From the NCBI GenBank assembly GCA_021790425.1, contig JAJYEA010000001.1, forward strand, positions 67,015 through 131,014: a stretch of 64,000 nucleotides of DNA. The letters run 5' to 3'. Position 1 is the first letter of the stretch. Every line of letters begins with the position of its first letter. Made by a program: the position numbers and the translations under genes. This document shows, piece by piece, positions 1 to 9,560 of this stretch. Under the pieces are notes generated by a model. It was not told where the DNA came from. It ran no database searches and saw only the letters and a list, made by a program, of their open reading frames with translations. The DNA is from Thermoplasmata archaeon. GTDB lineage: Archaea > Thermoplasmatota > Thermoplasmata > Lutacidiplasmatales > UBA184.

Positions 1-2985
1 CCGATCGTGAACTCGCTCGCCTCCACTACCAGCATCGACGTGACCGCCAGCGGATACCTGAACGCCAGCTACACGACCGCCCTGGCCTCCTTCACGCTGA
101 CGAACGTCCCCCACGGGACCTGGACCCTCTACACCTACGGTTACTCGAACGGTTCGACTACGTACGACCGGTACAGCTACATCTCGACCAGCCTCACCCC
201 GGACACCAAGTCGGTCTTCTACCAGAACGTGACCCTCTCGGACAACTTCGTCTCGGGCCACTACCTCCCGAACACCCTGACGTTCAACGCCCCGTCCAAC
301 ATCACGATCTGGGACAGCAACACCTCTCAGGCGTACACCACCTACCAACCGGCCTCCGGTTCCACGTTCTTCCAGACCGGGGTCTACCCGGGCCTGTCGA
401 CCCCGACCAACACCACGTTCCTCGTCTTCCTCGCCCCCCAGGGCTACAACAGCACCTGGCACGAGTTCAAGGTGAGCGATGGTTCCGGCAAGTTCGGATC
501 GGTGAACTACCCCAACTTCATGCCGCCCATCCACCAGGAGAACTCGACGTACACCAACACGTCGATCACCCTGGGCCTGACCAACTCCTCCTGGCGCTAC
601 GCGTTCTCCGCCAACGTCTCGAGCCAGGCCTCGTGGACCAATGACGGCACGTTCGCCCAGCTCCCGAACGCGAGCGTAGGGAACCTCTGGGCCCAGTTGG
701 GATTCGACTTCAACGCGGGCCGCCCCAGCGTGAACAGCGCCGCCTTCACGAAGTTCACGCAGTGGCTCTCCGCCACGGGACCCATCTACCCCGTCCAGGC
801 GATGGGCCTCGGGATGAACGGCACCGTCTTCCAGACGGGCACGAACGTCACCCTCGCCCCGGCCTTCCCGGGGATCGAGAACTACTCGAGCGCCCTCGGA
901 CTCCACTACAACAGCTGGAGCAACTACTCGCTGGGCAAGACCCTGCCCGCCAACTCGAGCTCCTACCATCTCTCGGTCGGGTTCAACTACCCGAGCGTTG
1001 GGGAGTACGCGAACTACACCGTCCACCTGCCCACCGGGTTCGTCCTCAAGAACGGGACCGCCGCCCCGGCCGGGACCAGCATCGTGCCTTCCGGACCGGT
1101 CGGGCCCGGCGGACACCTCTGGACCAGCTTCACGATCCTGCCCAGCCCCTATTCCCGGACCAGCGGAGTGGCGAACTTCACCATCTACAAGGTCGGGAAC
1201 GTGTCCGCGATCGTGAACGTGACCTCCAGCAACTTCGCGTTCTCGTCGAAGAACATACTGAACAGCACCCTGGACAACTACACGGTCGAGGTCGGTTCCA
1301 ACACGAACGACAGCTACACTGCCACCCACTCGCTGGTGCCGGCGACGATGAACGTCACGAGCTTTGTCTGGAACTTCACCTCCAGCCCTTCGGCCTCGTG
1401 CGTGAACTCGAATGGGTTCACCAACCTGACGGCGCAGTGCGTCTACTCGAACGTCTCGACGGTGCACCACATCTTCTCCACGGGAGGGGTCTACCACGGA
1501 ACGCTCACGCTCCGCACGAGCGGCGGTGTCTCGAACACCACCCGGTTCACGACCTACGTGGACAACTCCCCGCCCAGCGCCCACATCAGCGTGAACAACA
1601 CCCACGTGACGGCGCTGAACGCGACCCTCGGTTACCTCTACGTCAACTGGAGCACCCTCCTGCACTTCAACGCCACCGGAAGCGTGGATGAGATCGTGGC
1701 AGGCGGAGGCAACGGGACCTCGAACCTCGGCAACATCTCGGTCGCCAACTGGACGATCCAGGCCGGCTCGACCCACCACTGGGTGAACTACACGGTCGGC
1801 GGCGGTGCGAAGGTCTTCAACAACGTCTCCTACCAGTTCCTCGGCGCGGGCACTTACGTGAAGCACAACCTGACGGTGGATGGGACCCAGCTCTCTCTCA
1901 CCGGATGGGAATACTCGGTGACCCTGACGCTGTGGGACGCGGGCGGCAAGCGCGCCAACGCCACGCTCTACCTCTTGGTGAACGACACCGAGAAGCCGGT
2001 CGCGGTGGCCACGGTCCAGAACGCCCAGGGGAAGAACATCACCGGCGGGCTGGTCGAGCAGCAGAACCACACGGCCGAGGTCCAGCTCCTGGACAACTAC
2101 TCCTACGACCCCCACAACGGGAGCCTGGCCCAGTACTCCTGGTCCGTGCAGAACAGCAAGGGGGAGCACATCTCCGCCTGCAACGTGAACAAGACCGGAC
2201 GGTGCTACTGGAACTCCACCTCGAACGGCAAGTGGTTCCTCTGGCTCGCCCCCTCCACGGGCGCGTACAACTTCACGTTGAACGTGACGGATCTCGCCGG
2301 GAACAAGGCGAACACCACCTACCCGGTGACGGTGGCGCAGAACCTCACCTTCCGCCCGATCATCACGGTCTCGAACCTGACCGCGTCCTCGACGACCATG
2401 ACGGACGGCTCGAGCTACACGATCTCCGTGACCGTGAACAACACCGCCTTCGCGAAGGCCACGGCGTACAACGTCACGGCCAACTTCTACGTGTCCGGAG
2501 CGAACGGCAACGGCAACCAGTCGATCGGAAGCTCTCCGGGCCAGGTCAAGTGGTTCGGCTACGTGGGCTCGGTGGTCAACTCCTCGTCCTCGTACACGGG
2601 GATACTCCCCGCGGAGAAGGCCAACCAGACCTGGAAGGCACAGATCACCTACACCCCGCCCAGCGGCTTCACGGGCACGAAGGAGATCTGGGTCAACGTG
2701 ACGGCGTCGAACGAGTTTTCCGGTGAGTACTCGAGCCACGCGAACATCGCCTCGATCTCGGTGACCATCAACCCCAACCCGCTGACGCAGGACCTCGAAT
2801 ACGTCGCGATCGCGGTGGCGGCCGTGGTGATCATCGTCGTGGCCGTGCTCTTCTACCGCCGGCGCATCGCCGGCCCCTCCTCGGGATCCGGCAAGAAGGA
2901 CAAGAAGTCGGAGAAGGGCTCCAAGGACGACAAGTCCAAGGAGAAGGAAGAGAAGCCCGAGGACGACGAGAAGGAAGAGGACTAG
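1..2985 (+). CDS. cell-surface (S-layer-like) glycoprotein, 5'-partial; C-terminal TM anchor plus Lys/Glu-rich tail
   Basis: Reading frame is open to the window edge. ~990 aa, Asn/Ser/Thr-rich, with dozens of N-x-S/T sequons. C-terminal hydrophobic helix YVAIAVAAVVIIVVAVLFY is followed by RRR and a KKDKKSEKGSKDDKSKEKEEKPEDDEKEED tail. Strong GC3 bias. Confidence 0.65.
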   Translation, partial: PIVNSLASTTSIDVTASGYLNASYTTALASFTLTNVPHGTWTLYTYGYSNGSTTYDRYSYISTSLTPDTKSVFYQNVTLSDNFVSGHYLPNTLTFNAPSNITIWDSNTSQAYTTYQPASGSTFFQTGVYPGLSTPTNTTFLVFLAPQGYNSTWHEFKVSDGSGKFGSVNYPNFMPPIHQENSTYTNTSITLGLTNSSWRYAFSANVSSQASWTNDGTFAQLPNASVGNLWAQLGFDFNAGRPSVNSAAFTKFTQWLSATGPIYPVQAMGLGMNGTVFQTGTNVTLAPAFPGIENYSSALGLHYNSWSNYSLGKTLPANSSSYHLSVGFNYPSVGEYANYTVHLPTGFVLKNGTAAPAGTSIVPSGPVGPGGHLWTSFTILPSPYSRTSGVANFTIYKVGNVSAIVNVTSSNFAFSSKNILNSTLDNYTVEVGSNTNDSYTATHSLVPATMNVTSFVWNFTSSPSASCVNSNGFTNLTAQCVYSNVSTVHHIFSTGGVYHGTLTLRTSGGVSNTTRFTTYVDNSPPSAHISVNNTHVTALNATLGYLYVNWSTLLHFNATGSVDEIVAGGGNGTSNLGNISVANWTIQAGSTHHWVNYTVGGGAKVFNNVSYQFLGAGTYVKHNLTVDGTQLSLTGWEYSVTLTLWDAGGKRANATLYLLVNDTEKPVAVATVQNAQGKNITGGLVEQQNHTAEVQLLDNYSYDPHNGSLAQYSWSVQNSKGEHISACNVNKTGRCYWNSTSNGKWFLWLAPSTGAYNFTLNVTDLAGNKANTTYPVTVAQNLTFRPIITVSNLTASSTTMTDGSSYTISVTVNNTAFAKATAYNVTANFYVSGANGNGNQSIGSSPGQVKWFGYVGSVVNSSSSYTGILPAEKANQTWKAQITYTPPSGFTGTKEIWVNVTASNEFSGEYSSHANIASISVTINPNPLTQDLEYVAIAVAAVVIIVVAVLFYRRRIAGPSSGSGKKDKKSEKGSKDDKSKEKEEKPEDDEKEED

Positions 2986-2997
2986 ACCGAACCCTTT

Positions 2998-3015
2998 CCC
3001 CCCCTTCGGGGGGGG
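2998..3015. terminator. C7-TTC-G8 hairpin between convergent stop codons (2985 and 3031)
   Basis: ccccccc ttc gggggggg read directly at 2998-3015, forming a perfect 7-bp GC stem in a 45-bp convergent intergenic gap. Confidence 0.3.
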
Positions 3016-3030
3016 ACGATCCCCAGCCGC

Positions 3031-4080
3031 CTAACGGTGGCTGGTGATCTTCTGCGCGAACTTCTTGTAGATTTCGGAGGCCCGCATCACAGCCTCGATC
3101 TTCACGTACTCGTTGGTCTGGTGGGCGAGCTCCTCGGAGCCGGCCCCCAGGATCACCACGCGGGGATTGACGGGCAGGTAGTGCACGGCCTCGGAGGCAT
3201 GCGCGAGCACGACCTTGGGGCCCGCGGCGACCTCCTCCATGATCCGGACATGCTCGGCGTTGGGGTCCACATGGATCGAGGGCATGCTCAGGATCCTCCG
3301 GATGGAGAACTGCGTCTTGATCCGGCGCAGGTGCTCCTCGATCTCCCGCTGGAGCTCCTCGGGTGTGTACGGCGGTGGGAAACGGACGTCGATGTCGCAG
3401 ACGCACCGGGCCGGGACCACGTTGATCCGGGTCCCCCCATTGACCATCCCGATGTTCATGGTCACCTTGCCCATCTCCGAGTGCTCGATACGCCCCTTGA
3501 ACCCCTCGAGGGCCTTCAGGAGCCGCATCATCTTGACGATCGCGTTCTCGCCGAGCTGGGGCATGGCCCCGTGCGCCGCCTTCCCGCGCGCCTCAAGAGC
3601 AAAATCGAGGACCCCCTTCTCCGCGTAACCGACCCGGAGCGCCGTGGGCTCGCCGACCACGATCGCGCGGGCGCGCCGGATGGCCAGGGTCTTGGCCAGA
3701 CTGGCCGCCCCCTCCATCGTGGTCTCCTCATCGGTCGTGAACGCCAGGGTCACCGGCACCTTCCGTGTCACGAGGTCCTGGGCCGACTGGAGCATGGCCA
3801 CGATGCTGCCCTTCATGTCCGAGGCGCCCCGGCCGTACATGCGGCCCGAGGAGATCTGGCTCTGAGAGAAGTTCCACGAATCCCCGATCGGAGGCGTGTC
3901 CAGATGGCCCGAGAAGACCACCCCCCGCTCTCCGTACTCCGCAAGTACCGCCGGGGCGGAGGCGTTGCCGTGCACCGACACGCGCATCTTCAACTGTTCC
4001 GCGAACGACTGGACGTAGTCTAGGATCTCGCGCTTGTTGGAGGAGACGTCGGAAGGGATCGTGATAAGGTCCGACAGCAT
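3031..4080 (-). CDS. M20-family metallopeptidase/deacylase (ArgE/DapE/LysK-like)
   Basis: C-terminal 349 aa of the 717-aa minus ORF has M20 motifs (HLDTPP, GRGASDMKG, TTDEETT). ATG at 4080 (MLSDLITIPS). An AT-rich box (aactatc) lies ~28 nt upstream. The rest of the long ORF is antisense to the IS. Confidence 0.8.
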   Translation of the reverse strand: MLSDLITIPSDVSSNKREILDYVQSFAEQLKMRVSVHGNASAPAVLAEYGERGVVFSGHLDTPPIGDSWNFSQSQISSGRMYGRGASDMKGSIVAMLQSAQDLVTRKVPVTLAFTTDEETTMEGAASLAKTLAIRRARAIVVGEPTALRVGYAEKGVLDFALEARGKAAHGAMPQLGENAIVKMMRLLKALEGFKGRIEHSEMGKVTMNIGMVNGGTRINVVPARCVCDIDVRFPPPYTPEELQREIEEHLRRIKTQFSIRRILSMPSIHVDPNAEHVRIMEEVAAGPKVVLAHASEAVHYLPVNPRVVILGAGSEELAHQTNEYVKIEAVMRASEIYKKFAQKITSHR

Positions 4081-4243
4081 GTCAACCGTCTGCCGCTTCA
4101 CCGAACTATCGCCCTCCCGGCATGCGTAATGTAACCCGGCTATTATACTCTTCGACAAAAGGTTCCTCATGCCCGAGGGGCTCAGGGGGGCGCGCCGGTT
4201 CACCTGCGGCCCTGCACCCGGTGCGCATCGGCATCCCAGGGGG

Positions 4244-4252
4244 CTCAGGGAA
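4244..4252. repeat. 9-bp target-site duplication CTCAGGGAA (left copy)
   Basis: Identical 9-mer at 5586-5594 immediately outside the inverted-repeat termini. Confidence 0.6.
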
Positions 4253-4253
4253 A

Positions 4254-5585
4254 GTGGTGTGCGAAGAATGGTTGATGGCGAGGGTAACCTCTCCCCTGGT
4301 GGGAACCGGAAAGAACCCAACAGGAGGAGAGGCGAATGGAAGGAGACACACACCCGCATATCGATTTTGGAGGACTGCTGTCGAGCGCCGAACACTGGGG
4401 AATACGGGCGTTGGAGCGCCTCCTGGAGGACACCGAGGAGGTCCTCCTGGGGGAGCTCCACCGGGAGAAGACGGAGTGCGGAAGGCAACGCTACGTTCGT
4501 CATGGACGCCGGCCCCGGAACCTCGTCACCAAGATGGGGAAGGTCACGCCCTGGGTGACCCGAGTCCGTGATCGCCTGACCGGGCGGGTCTTCTCCCCCC
4601 TGGTGGAGGCGTTGGGGCTGGGACGGAAGCGCTACACTCCCGAGCTCCGTCTGGCGGCGGCGGAGCTCGCCACCCGCACCTCCTATGAGGAGGCGTCCCA
4701 AGCCCTCGAACGGACCCTGGGCTTCCGCATCCCCCGCCGCACCATCTGGGACTTCCTCCAGGAGTTGGCGGACACCCTGGAGATCACCCTGAAGGAGACC
4801 GCGCCACCCCCTTCGGAGGTGACCCTGAGGCTCAGCCACTCCGTGGACTCCACCTTCGTGCGAGGGAAACGCGCGCGAGAGCAGCACGAGGTGGAGGTAG
4901 CGATCACGCAAGGACAGGACCACCGGGTGAAGCTGGTCGGGGTCGCCATCGACCGGCGCCCCGGTGTGGCCCTTGGGGATACGGAGGTGCACCACCTCAC
5001 CACGGATGACGCGCCGGGGCTGAGGGCCCTGGACGCGGAGCACCGTCAGCTCTGTCACGTGCACTTCGTGCGGCACCTGGCGGGCCTCTTGGGGGAGGAG
5101 GGGGTGAGCCTTAGGGAGCGGGAAGAGATCCTGAGCCCTCTCCGGGGTCTCCTGGCGCACCTGCGGAACTCCGTGGAAGCGCACCGGTATGACGGGAGCG
5201 TGGGAACGGTGACCGAGCGAGTGCGCGTGACGCTGAGGGAACTAGGGGTCGTGGGACTGCGCCTGGAACGAGCCGGGTGCCCCCAGTCGGCCCGCTTCGT
5301 GCTGAGGGAGATGCGATCCTTGGTGGTGTTCGCGGAGGTGGGGAGGGAGCTGTGGATGCCCGCGACCTCCAATGGAGTGGAGCGCGTGATGGGGATGATC
5401 GCGGACCGGTGCAAGCGGAAGTGGGCGCATTGGAACCGAGGGCTTCACAACATGGTGCTGGCGCTCCTTGCCCGCAAGATCCGCCCTGTGGTCTATGGAG
5501 TGGCGACCCGCAAGTATCTAAAGGCGCGAGGCTATGGGTGAGTGGCTTCCGTTAGGGGCGTCGTCTACCATTATCCACACACCAC
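4254..5585 (+). mobile_element. IS256-family insertion sequence (~1.33 kb), complete
   Basis: Terminal inverted repeats GTGGTGTGCGAAGAATGGTTGA (4254-4275) and its counterpart ending ...CACACACCAC (5564-5585) match 18/22 (20/27). They are flanked by the 9-bp direct repeat CTCAGGGAA. A single transposase ORF fills the element. Confidence 0.7.
4336..5541 (+). CDS. IS256-family (Mutator-like) transposase
   Basis: 401 aa. N-terminal region RYVRHGRRPRNLVTKMGKVTPWVTRVRDRLTGRVFSPLVE...SYEEASQALERTLGFRIPRRTIWDF fits the IS256 transposase consensus (R-Y-RNG-R-R-L-T-G-V-VPR-RD-G-F-P-L ... S-V-LE-L-G-S). The C-terminal motif TSNGVERVMGMIADRCKRK also fits. A GGAGGAGAGG Shine-Dalgarno site lies upstream of the ATG. 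Confidence 0.75.
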   Translation: MEGDTHPHIDFGGLLSSAEHWGIRALERLLEDTEEVLLGELHREKTECGRQRYVRHGRRPRNLVTKMGKVTPWVTRVRDRLTGRVFSPLVEALGLGRKRYTPELRLAAAELATRTSYEEASQALERTLGFRIPRRTIWDFLQELADTLEITLKETAPPPSEVTLRLSHSVDSTFVRGKRAREQHEVEVAITQGQDHRVKLVGVAIDRRPGVALGDTEVHHLTTDDAPGLRALDAEHRQLCHVHFVRHLAGLLGEEGVSLREREEILSPLRGLLAHLRNSVEAHRYDGSVGTVTERVRVTLRELGVVGLRLERAGCPQSARFVLREMRSLVVFAEVGRELWMPATSNGVERVMGMIADRCKRKWAHWNRGLHNMVLALLARKIRPVVYGVATRKYLKARGYG

Positions 5586-5594
5586 CTCAGGGAA
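5586..5594. repeat. 9-bp target-site duplication CTCAGGGAA (right copy)
   Basis: See left copy. Confidence 0.6.
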
Positions 5595-5649
5595 GCCGTC
5601 CGACGGGGAGCGGGGAAAGGTTAATTCGCCGGCACGCTTACGAACGGTG

Positions 5650-6090
5650 ATGGGAGGCTACGCTACGTCGAACACCGTCCGTCGGGCATCGACCTACTCC
5701 TCGGACGACGAACTCCCGGTCGGGGTCGGCATCCTTGCGATCATCATGGGGGTACTGGGATTTCTCGCGATGCTGGCGGGCATCCTGCTCGTGGCGGAGG
5801 CGACGGGCCTCTCCATCGGGGCATTGGGCGCGATCGTCGGGGTCATCAACCAGTATGTGATCACGGTGGGCCAGTTCGGAGGGGTCCTCCTCGTGCTCGG
5901 CGGAGTGGTCACCCTCGCCATCGCGGCGGGTCTCTGGCACCAGGAGAGCTGGGCGCTCTGGACCTGCATCGTCGGGGTCGCCATCGTGGAGGCGATCCTC
6001 TTCTTCCTCCTAGTACCGTTCAGCTACCTCTTCATCGGGTTCTTGGTCCTGTACGTCTACCTGTTGGCCGTCCGGCACCACTTCCGCTGA
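5650..6090 (+). CDS. small integral membrane protein (4 predicted TM helices)
   Basis: ATG at 5650 (MGGYATSN). Hydrophobic helices, high GC3. Stop overlaps the next start (TGATG at 6088-6092). The track's 5' extension to 5542 lies inside the IS. Confidence 0.55.
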   Translation: MGGYATSNTVRRASTYSSDDELPVGVGILAIIMGVLGFLAMLAGILLVAEATGLSIGALGAIVGVINQYVITVGQFGGVLLVLGGVVTLAIAAGLWHQESWALWTCIVGVAIVEAILFFLLVPFSYLFIGFLVLYVYLLAVRHHFR

Positions 6091-6881
6091 TGCGGCTCAC
6101 GCTCGCCGAGGTGCGCCCGCACCGAGGCCGTCGGCCGGAGAATCTCGCGCTGGCCCGCGCGTGTGTCGAGCGGGCCGAAGGTGCGGACCTCGTGGCCTTT
6201 CCGGAGCTCTTCCTCAGCGGATACTCGGTCGGGGACCGCCTGCACCGCCTCGCGATCTCCCTGGAGGACCCGATGGTCCGTGCGCTACAGGAGCTGGCGC
6301 ACGACCGCAAGACGTGGCTCCTGCTGGGGACCCCGTTCACGGACCCCTCGCATGCGGGAGAGGTCCAGAACGTCGCGCTCCTGGTAGGGCCCGAGGGGAG
6401 CACCCATGTGCAGGGGAAGCGCTACCTTCCGACCTTCGGCCCCTTCGAGGAGGGCCGGATCTTCACCCCCGCACCGGACCGTAAGGTCGCCGACACGCCG
6501 CTCGGGAAGATCGGGCTCGAGATCTGCTACGAGGTCTTCTTTCCCGAGGTCTCGCGCGCGCTGGCCCTGGGAGGGGCCGATCTCCTGCTGGCCATCTCGG
6601 CCTCTCCGATCACGTCCCGGAGCCTCTTCGAGAAGCTCCTCCCGGCCCGAGCAATCGAGAACGCGGCCCCGGTCGCGTATGTGAACCGGGTGGGCGTGGA
6701 GGACGCGCTGGTCTTCGGCGGAGGCTCGGGGGCCTGGGACCCCCGCGGCGATCCGCTCGTGCCGCGGGTGACGGACCTCGGCCCCGACGGCCGTCTCCTC
6801 GAGTTCGAGCTTCCCCTGTCGGAGTACCGGCACTATCGGCCGATGCGGCCGGTGCTCCGCGACATCACCGCCCTACCGTGA
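6090..6881 (+). CDS. carbon-nitrogen hydrolase family protein (nitrilase/amidase superfamily)
   Basis: E-K-C triad contexts FPELFLSGY, KRYLP, GLEICYE. 263 aa. Confidence 0.8.
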   Translation: MRLTLAEVRPHRGRRPENLALARACVERAEGADLVAFPELFLSGYSVGDRLHRLAISLEDPMVRALQELAHDRKTWLLLGTPFTDPSHAGEVQNVALLVGPEGSTHVQGKRYLPTFGPFEEGRIFTPAPDRKVADTPLGKIGLEICYEVFFPEVSRALALGGADLLLAISASPITSRSLFEKLLPARAIENAAPVAYVNRVGVEDALVFGGGSGAWDPRGDPLVPRVTDLGPDGRLLEFELPLSEYRHYRPMRPVLRDITALP

Positions 6882-9560
6882 GAAGAGCTTCCCCATCGCG
6901 TAGGGGAGGAGACCGCCGGTCCGATAGTAGTCGACCTCCACCTCCGAGTCGAGGCGCAGGAGGGCTTCGAACGTCACCTCGTGAGGGGTGCCATCGGCCC
7001 CCGGGCCCGAGGCGTGGACGGTGACCTTGGTGTGGGGGGCCATCGGGCCGTTGGCGAGCGAGAGCGAGTAGGTCTCCTTCCCGGTAAGCCCGAGGGACTT
7101 CCAGCTCTCTCCCTTCCGGAACTCCAGCGGGAGGACGCCCATCCCCGCCAGGTTGCTCCGGTGGATCCGCTCGTAGCTCTGGGCGATCACCGCCCGGACC
7201 CCGAGGAGGAGGGGGCCCTTGGCGGCCCAATCCCGGGAGCTCCCCTGGCCGTAGCGCTGCCCGGCGAGGACGATGAGGGGACGGCCCTCCTTCCGATAGA
7301 GCTCGGAGGCGTCGAAGATCGCCATCTCCTGGCCCTCCGGCATCTTCGTGGTGCGGCCACCGCCGCCCTGGGGGGCGAGATAGTTCTTGAGCCGTGTGTT
7401 GGCGAACGTCCCCCGCGCCATCACCTCGTGATTCCCGCGCCGGCTCCCGTAGGTGTTGAAATCCGCCTCCGAGACGCCGTGGGCGATCAGGTACTTCCCC
7501 GCCGGGGTCGTCGGGGGGATCTCGCCCGCGGGGGAGATATGGTCCGTCGAGACGTTGTCGCCCAGCAGGGCCAGCACGCGGGCGTCCTGCAGGAGGGTTC
7601 CTCCCGGTGGGCGCACCGCCCGGTTCTCGAAGTACGGGGCCTCCCGGAGATAGGTCGAGGTGGGCTCCCAGTCGTAGAGCAGGCCCTTGCCGACCCGCAG
7701 GGCGTCCCAGTGGGATCCCCCGTCGAGGATCTTCGAGTAGCTCTGTCGGAAGCCCGCGACGTCCAGGGAGTGTTCCATCGCCGCCCGCACCTCGTCCGAG
7801 GTGGGCCAGATGTCCTTCAGCATCACGGGATGCCCCGAAGGGGTCTTGCCGAGCGGTTCCGTCGCGAGGTCGATGTCGATCCTTCCTGCGAGGGCGCTGG
7901 CCACCACGAGCAGGGGCGAGGCAAGGTAGTTCGCACGCACCTGGTTGTGCACCCGGGCCTCGAAGTTGCGATTCCCGCTGAGCACCGCGACCAGGAAGGT
8001 GTCCGAATCTGCCACGGCCTTCTCGCAGATCGGGTTCAGCGGCCCGCTGTTCCCGATGCAGGTAGTGCACCCGTAGCCCACGATCGCGAACCCGAGCTGC
8101 TCGAGGGGCTTCACGAGCCCGCTCCGCTCGAGGTACGACGCGACCACGCGCGAGCCGGGTGCCAGGGACGTCTTCACGTGGGAAGGGACCCGGAGCCCCT
8201 TCTCTACCGCGTGCTTCGCCAGGAGGCCCGCCCCGATCATCACGGCGGGGTTGGAGGTGTTCGTGCAACTGGTGATCGCGGCGATCGCGATCGACCCATC
8301 CGGCAGAGACGCGGTGCCCGCAGGGGCCGGATGCTCCTTCCGGTACCCGGCCAGCGCCTCCCGGAAGGAGGCCGGGACCTCGGAGAGCGTCCGCGCTTCG
8401 TCGGGGTTCTTGGGTCCGGCCATCGTGGGTACGACGCTCCCGATATCGAACACGAGCTCCAGGGCGACCTCGGGGGAGGGGGACCGCTCGTCCTGCCAGA
8501 GGCCCAGGGCATGGGCGTAGGCCTCGACGAGCTTCACCGTCTCCTCGGGGCGGCCGGAGGCCCGCAGGTAGGACAGGGTCGCGGCGTCGATGGGGAAGAG
8601 GGCGGCCGTCGCCCCGTACTCGGGACACATGTTCGAAAGGGTGGCGCGTTCCTGCACGGACAGGGCCCGAACCCCCGGGCCGTAGAACTCGACGAACTTG
8701 CCGACGACCCCCGTCTTCCGCAGGAGCTGCGTGATCCGGAGCACGACGTCCGTCGCGGTGACGCCCTCGTGAAGCACCCCGTCGAGCCGCACGCCGACCA
8801 CTTCCGGGTAGGGGAGCACGTAGGGCTCTCCGAGCATCACCGCCTCGGCTTCGATCCCGCCGACACCCCAGCCGAGGACCCCGAGACCGTTAATCATCGT
8901 GGTGTGCGAATCCGTCCCGAGGACGGTGTCCGGGAAGGCCTCGTGCGGGACGCTGGTCCCTCCACCCGCGGCCTCCCGGGTCGCCACCACGGAGGCGAGG
9001 TATTCCATGTTCACCTGGTGGCAGATACCGTTCCCCGGCGGCACCACCCGCAACCGGGGGAAGGCGCCCTGAGCCCAGCGGAGGAACGCGTAGCGCTCCC
9101 CGTTCCGCTCGTACTCCTTCTGCAGGTTCGATGCGAGGGACTGGGGGGAACCGTAGCTGTCGACCTGGATCGAATGGTCGATGACCAGGTCGATCGGGAT
9201 CCAGGAATCCACCTTGGTGGGGTCGTTCCCGTCCTTCTTCGCGGCGGCGCGCATGGAGGCCAGGTCCACCACGACGGGGACGCCGGTGAAGTCCTGCAGC
9301 AGGATCCGGGCCGGGTAGAAGGGAAGGTCCGCCCCCTCCTTTCGCGGCTTGCCATTCGCAAGGTCCTGCACGAGGGAGAGGTCGACGTGGCTCCGCGCCG
9401 CGTTCCGGACAAGGTTCTCGAGGAGGATCCGCTCCACCTTCGGACGACGGGACAGCCGGGCAGGGTCCACTCCCTCGATCTTGGAGGGGTTGTGGACGAT
9501 GTACGTGCGGTCCCCGACCGTAAGCGACTCCCTCGATGACGACAACCCGGACGCCTTCAT
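6873..9560 (-). CDS. acnA: aconitate hydratase (aconitase A)
   Basis: 895 aa with full-length aconitase motifs (cluster-ligand Cys contexts CTNTSN, SCTN..., GYGCTTCIGNSG; swivel domain SRRGNHEVMARGTFAN). Confidence 0.9.
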   Translation of the reverse strand: MKASGLSSSRESLTVGDRTYIVHNPSKIEGVDPARLSRRPKVERILLENLVRNAARSHVDLSLVQDLANGKPRKEGADLPFYPARILLQDFTGVPVVVDLASMRAAAKKDGNDPTKVDSWIPIDLVIDHSIQVDSYGSPQSLASNLQKEYERNGERYAFLRWAQGAFPRLRVVPPGNGICHQVNMEYLASVVATREAAGGGTSVPHEAFPDTVLGTDSHTTMINGLGVLGWGVGGIEAEAVMLGEPYVLPYPEVVGVRLDGVLHEGVTATDVVLRITQLLRKTGVVGKFVEFYGPGVRALSVQERATLSNMCPEYGATAALFPIDAATLSYLRASGRPEETVKLVEAYAHALGLWQDERSPSPEVALELVFDIGSVVPTMAGPKNPDEARTLSEVPASFREALAGYRKEHPAPAGTASLPDGSIAIAAITSCTNTSNPAVMIGAGLLAKHAVEKGLRVPSHVKTSLAPGSRVVASYLERSGLVKPLEQLGFAIVGYGCTTCIGNSGPLNPICEKAVADSDTFLVAVLSGNRNFEARVHNQVRANYLASPLLVVASALAGRIDIDLATEPLGKTPSGHPVMLKDIWPTSDEVRAAMEHSLDVAGFRQSYSKILDGGSHWDALRVGKGLLYDWEPTSTYLREAPYFENRAVRPPGGTLLQDARVLALLGDNVSTDHISPAGEIPPTTPAGKYLIAHGVSEADFNTYGSRRGNHEVMARGTFANTRLKNYLAPQGGGGRTTKMPEGQEMAIFDASELYRKEGRPLIVLAGQRYGQGSSRDWAAKGPLLLGVRAVIAQSYERIHRSNLAGMGVLPLEFRKGESWKSLGLTGKETYSLSLANGPMAPHTKVTVHASGPGADGTPHEVTFEALLRLDSEVEVDYYRTGGLLPYAMGKLFSR

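Noticed and set aside
4081-5184. Upstream 368 codons of the 717-aa minus-strand ORF (3031-5184)
   Set aside because: Only the C-terminal 349 aa (from ATG 4080) show M20 peptidase motifs. The remainder is antisense to the IS256 transposase, has antisense-type R/G/P-rich composition, and crosses the IS boundary.
4336-5541. Possibility that the transposase-like ORF is an ordinary host gene rather than part of a mobile element
   Set aside because: Rejected in favour of an IS. Matching terminal inverted repeats and a perfect 9-bp flanking direct repeat bracket the ORF, as expected for an IS256-family element.
6865-9539. ORFs 6865-8628 (-) and 6981-9539 (+)
   Set aside because: Alternative and antisense frames over the aconitase gene. 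Only the 895-aa minus-strand frame carries aconitase motifs.
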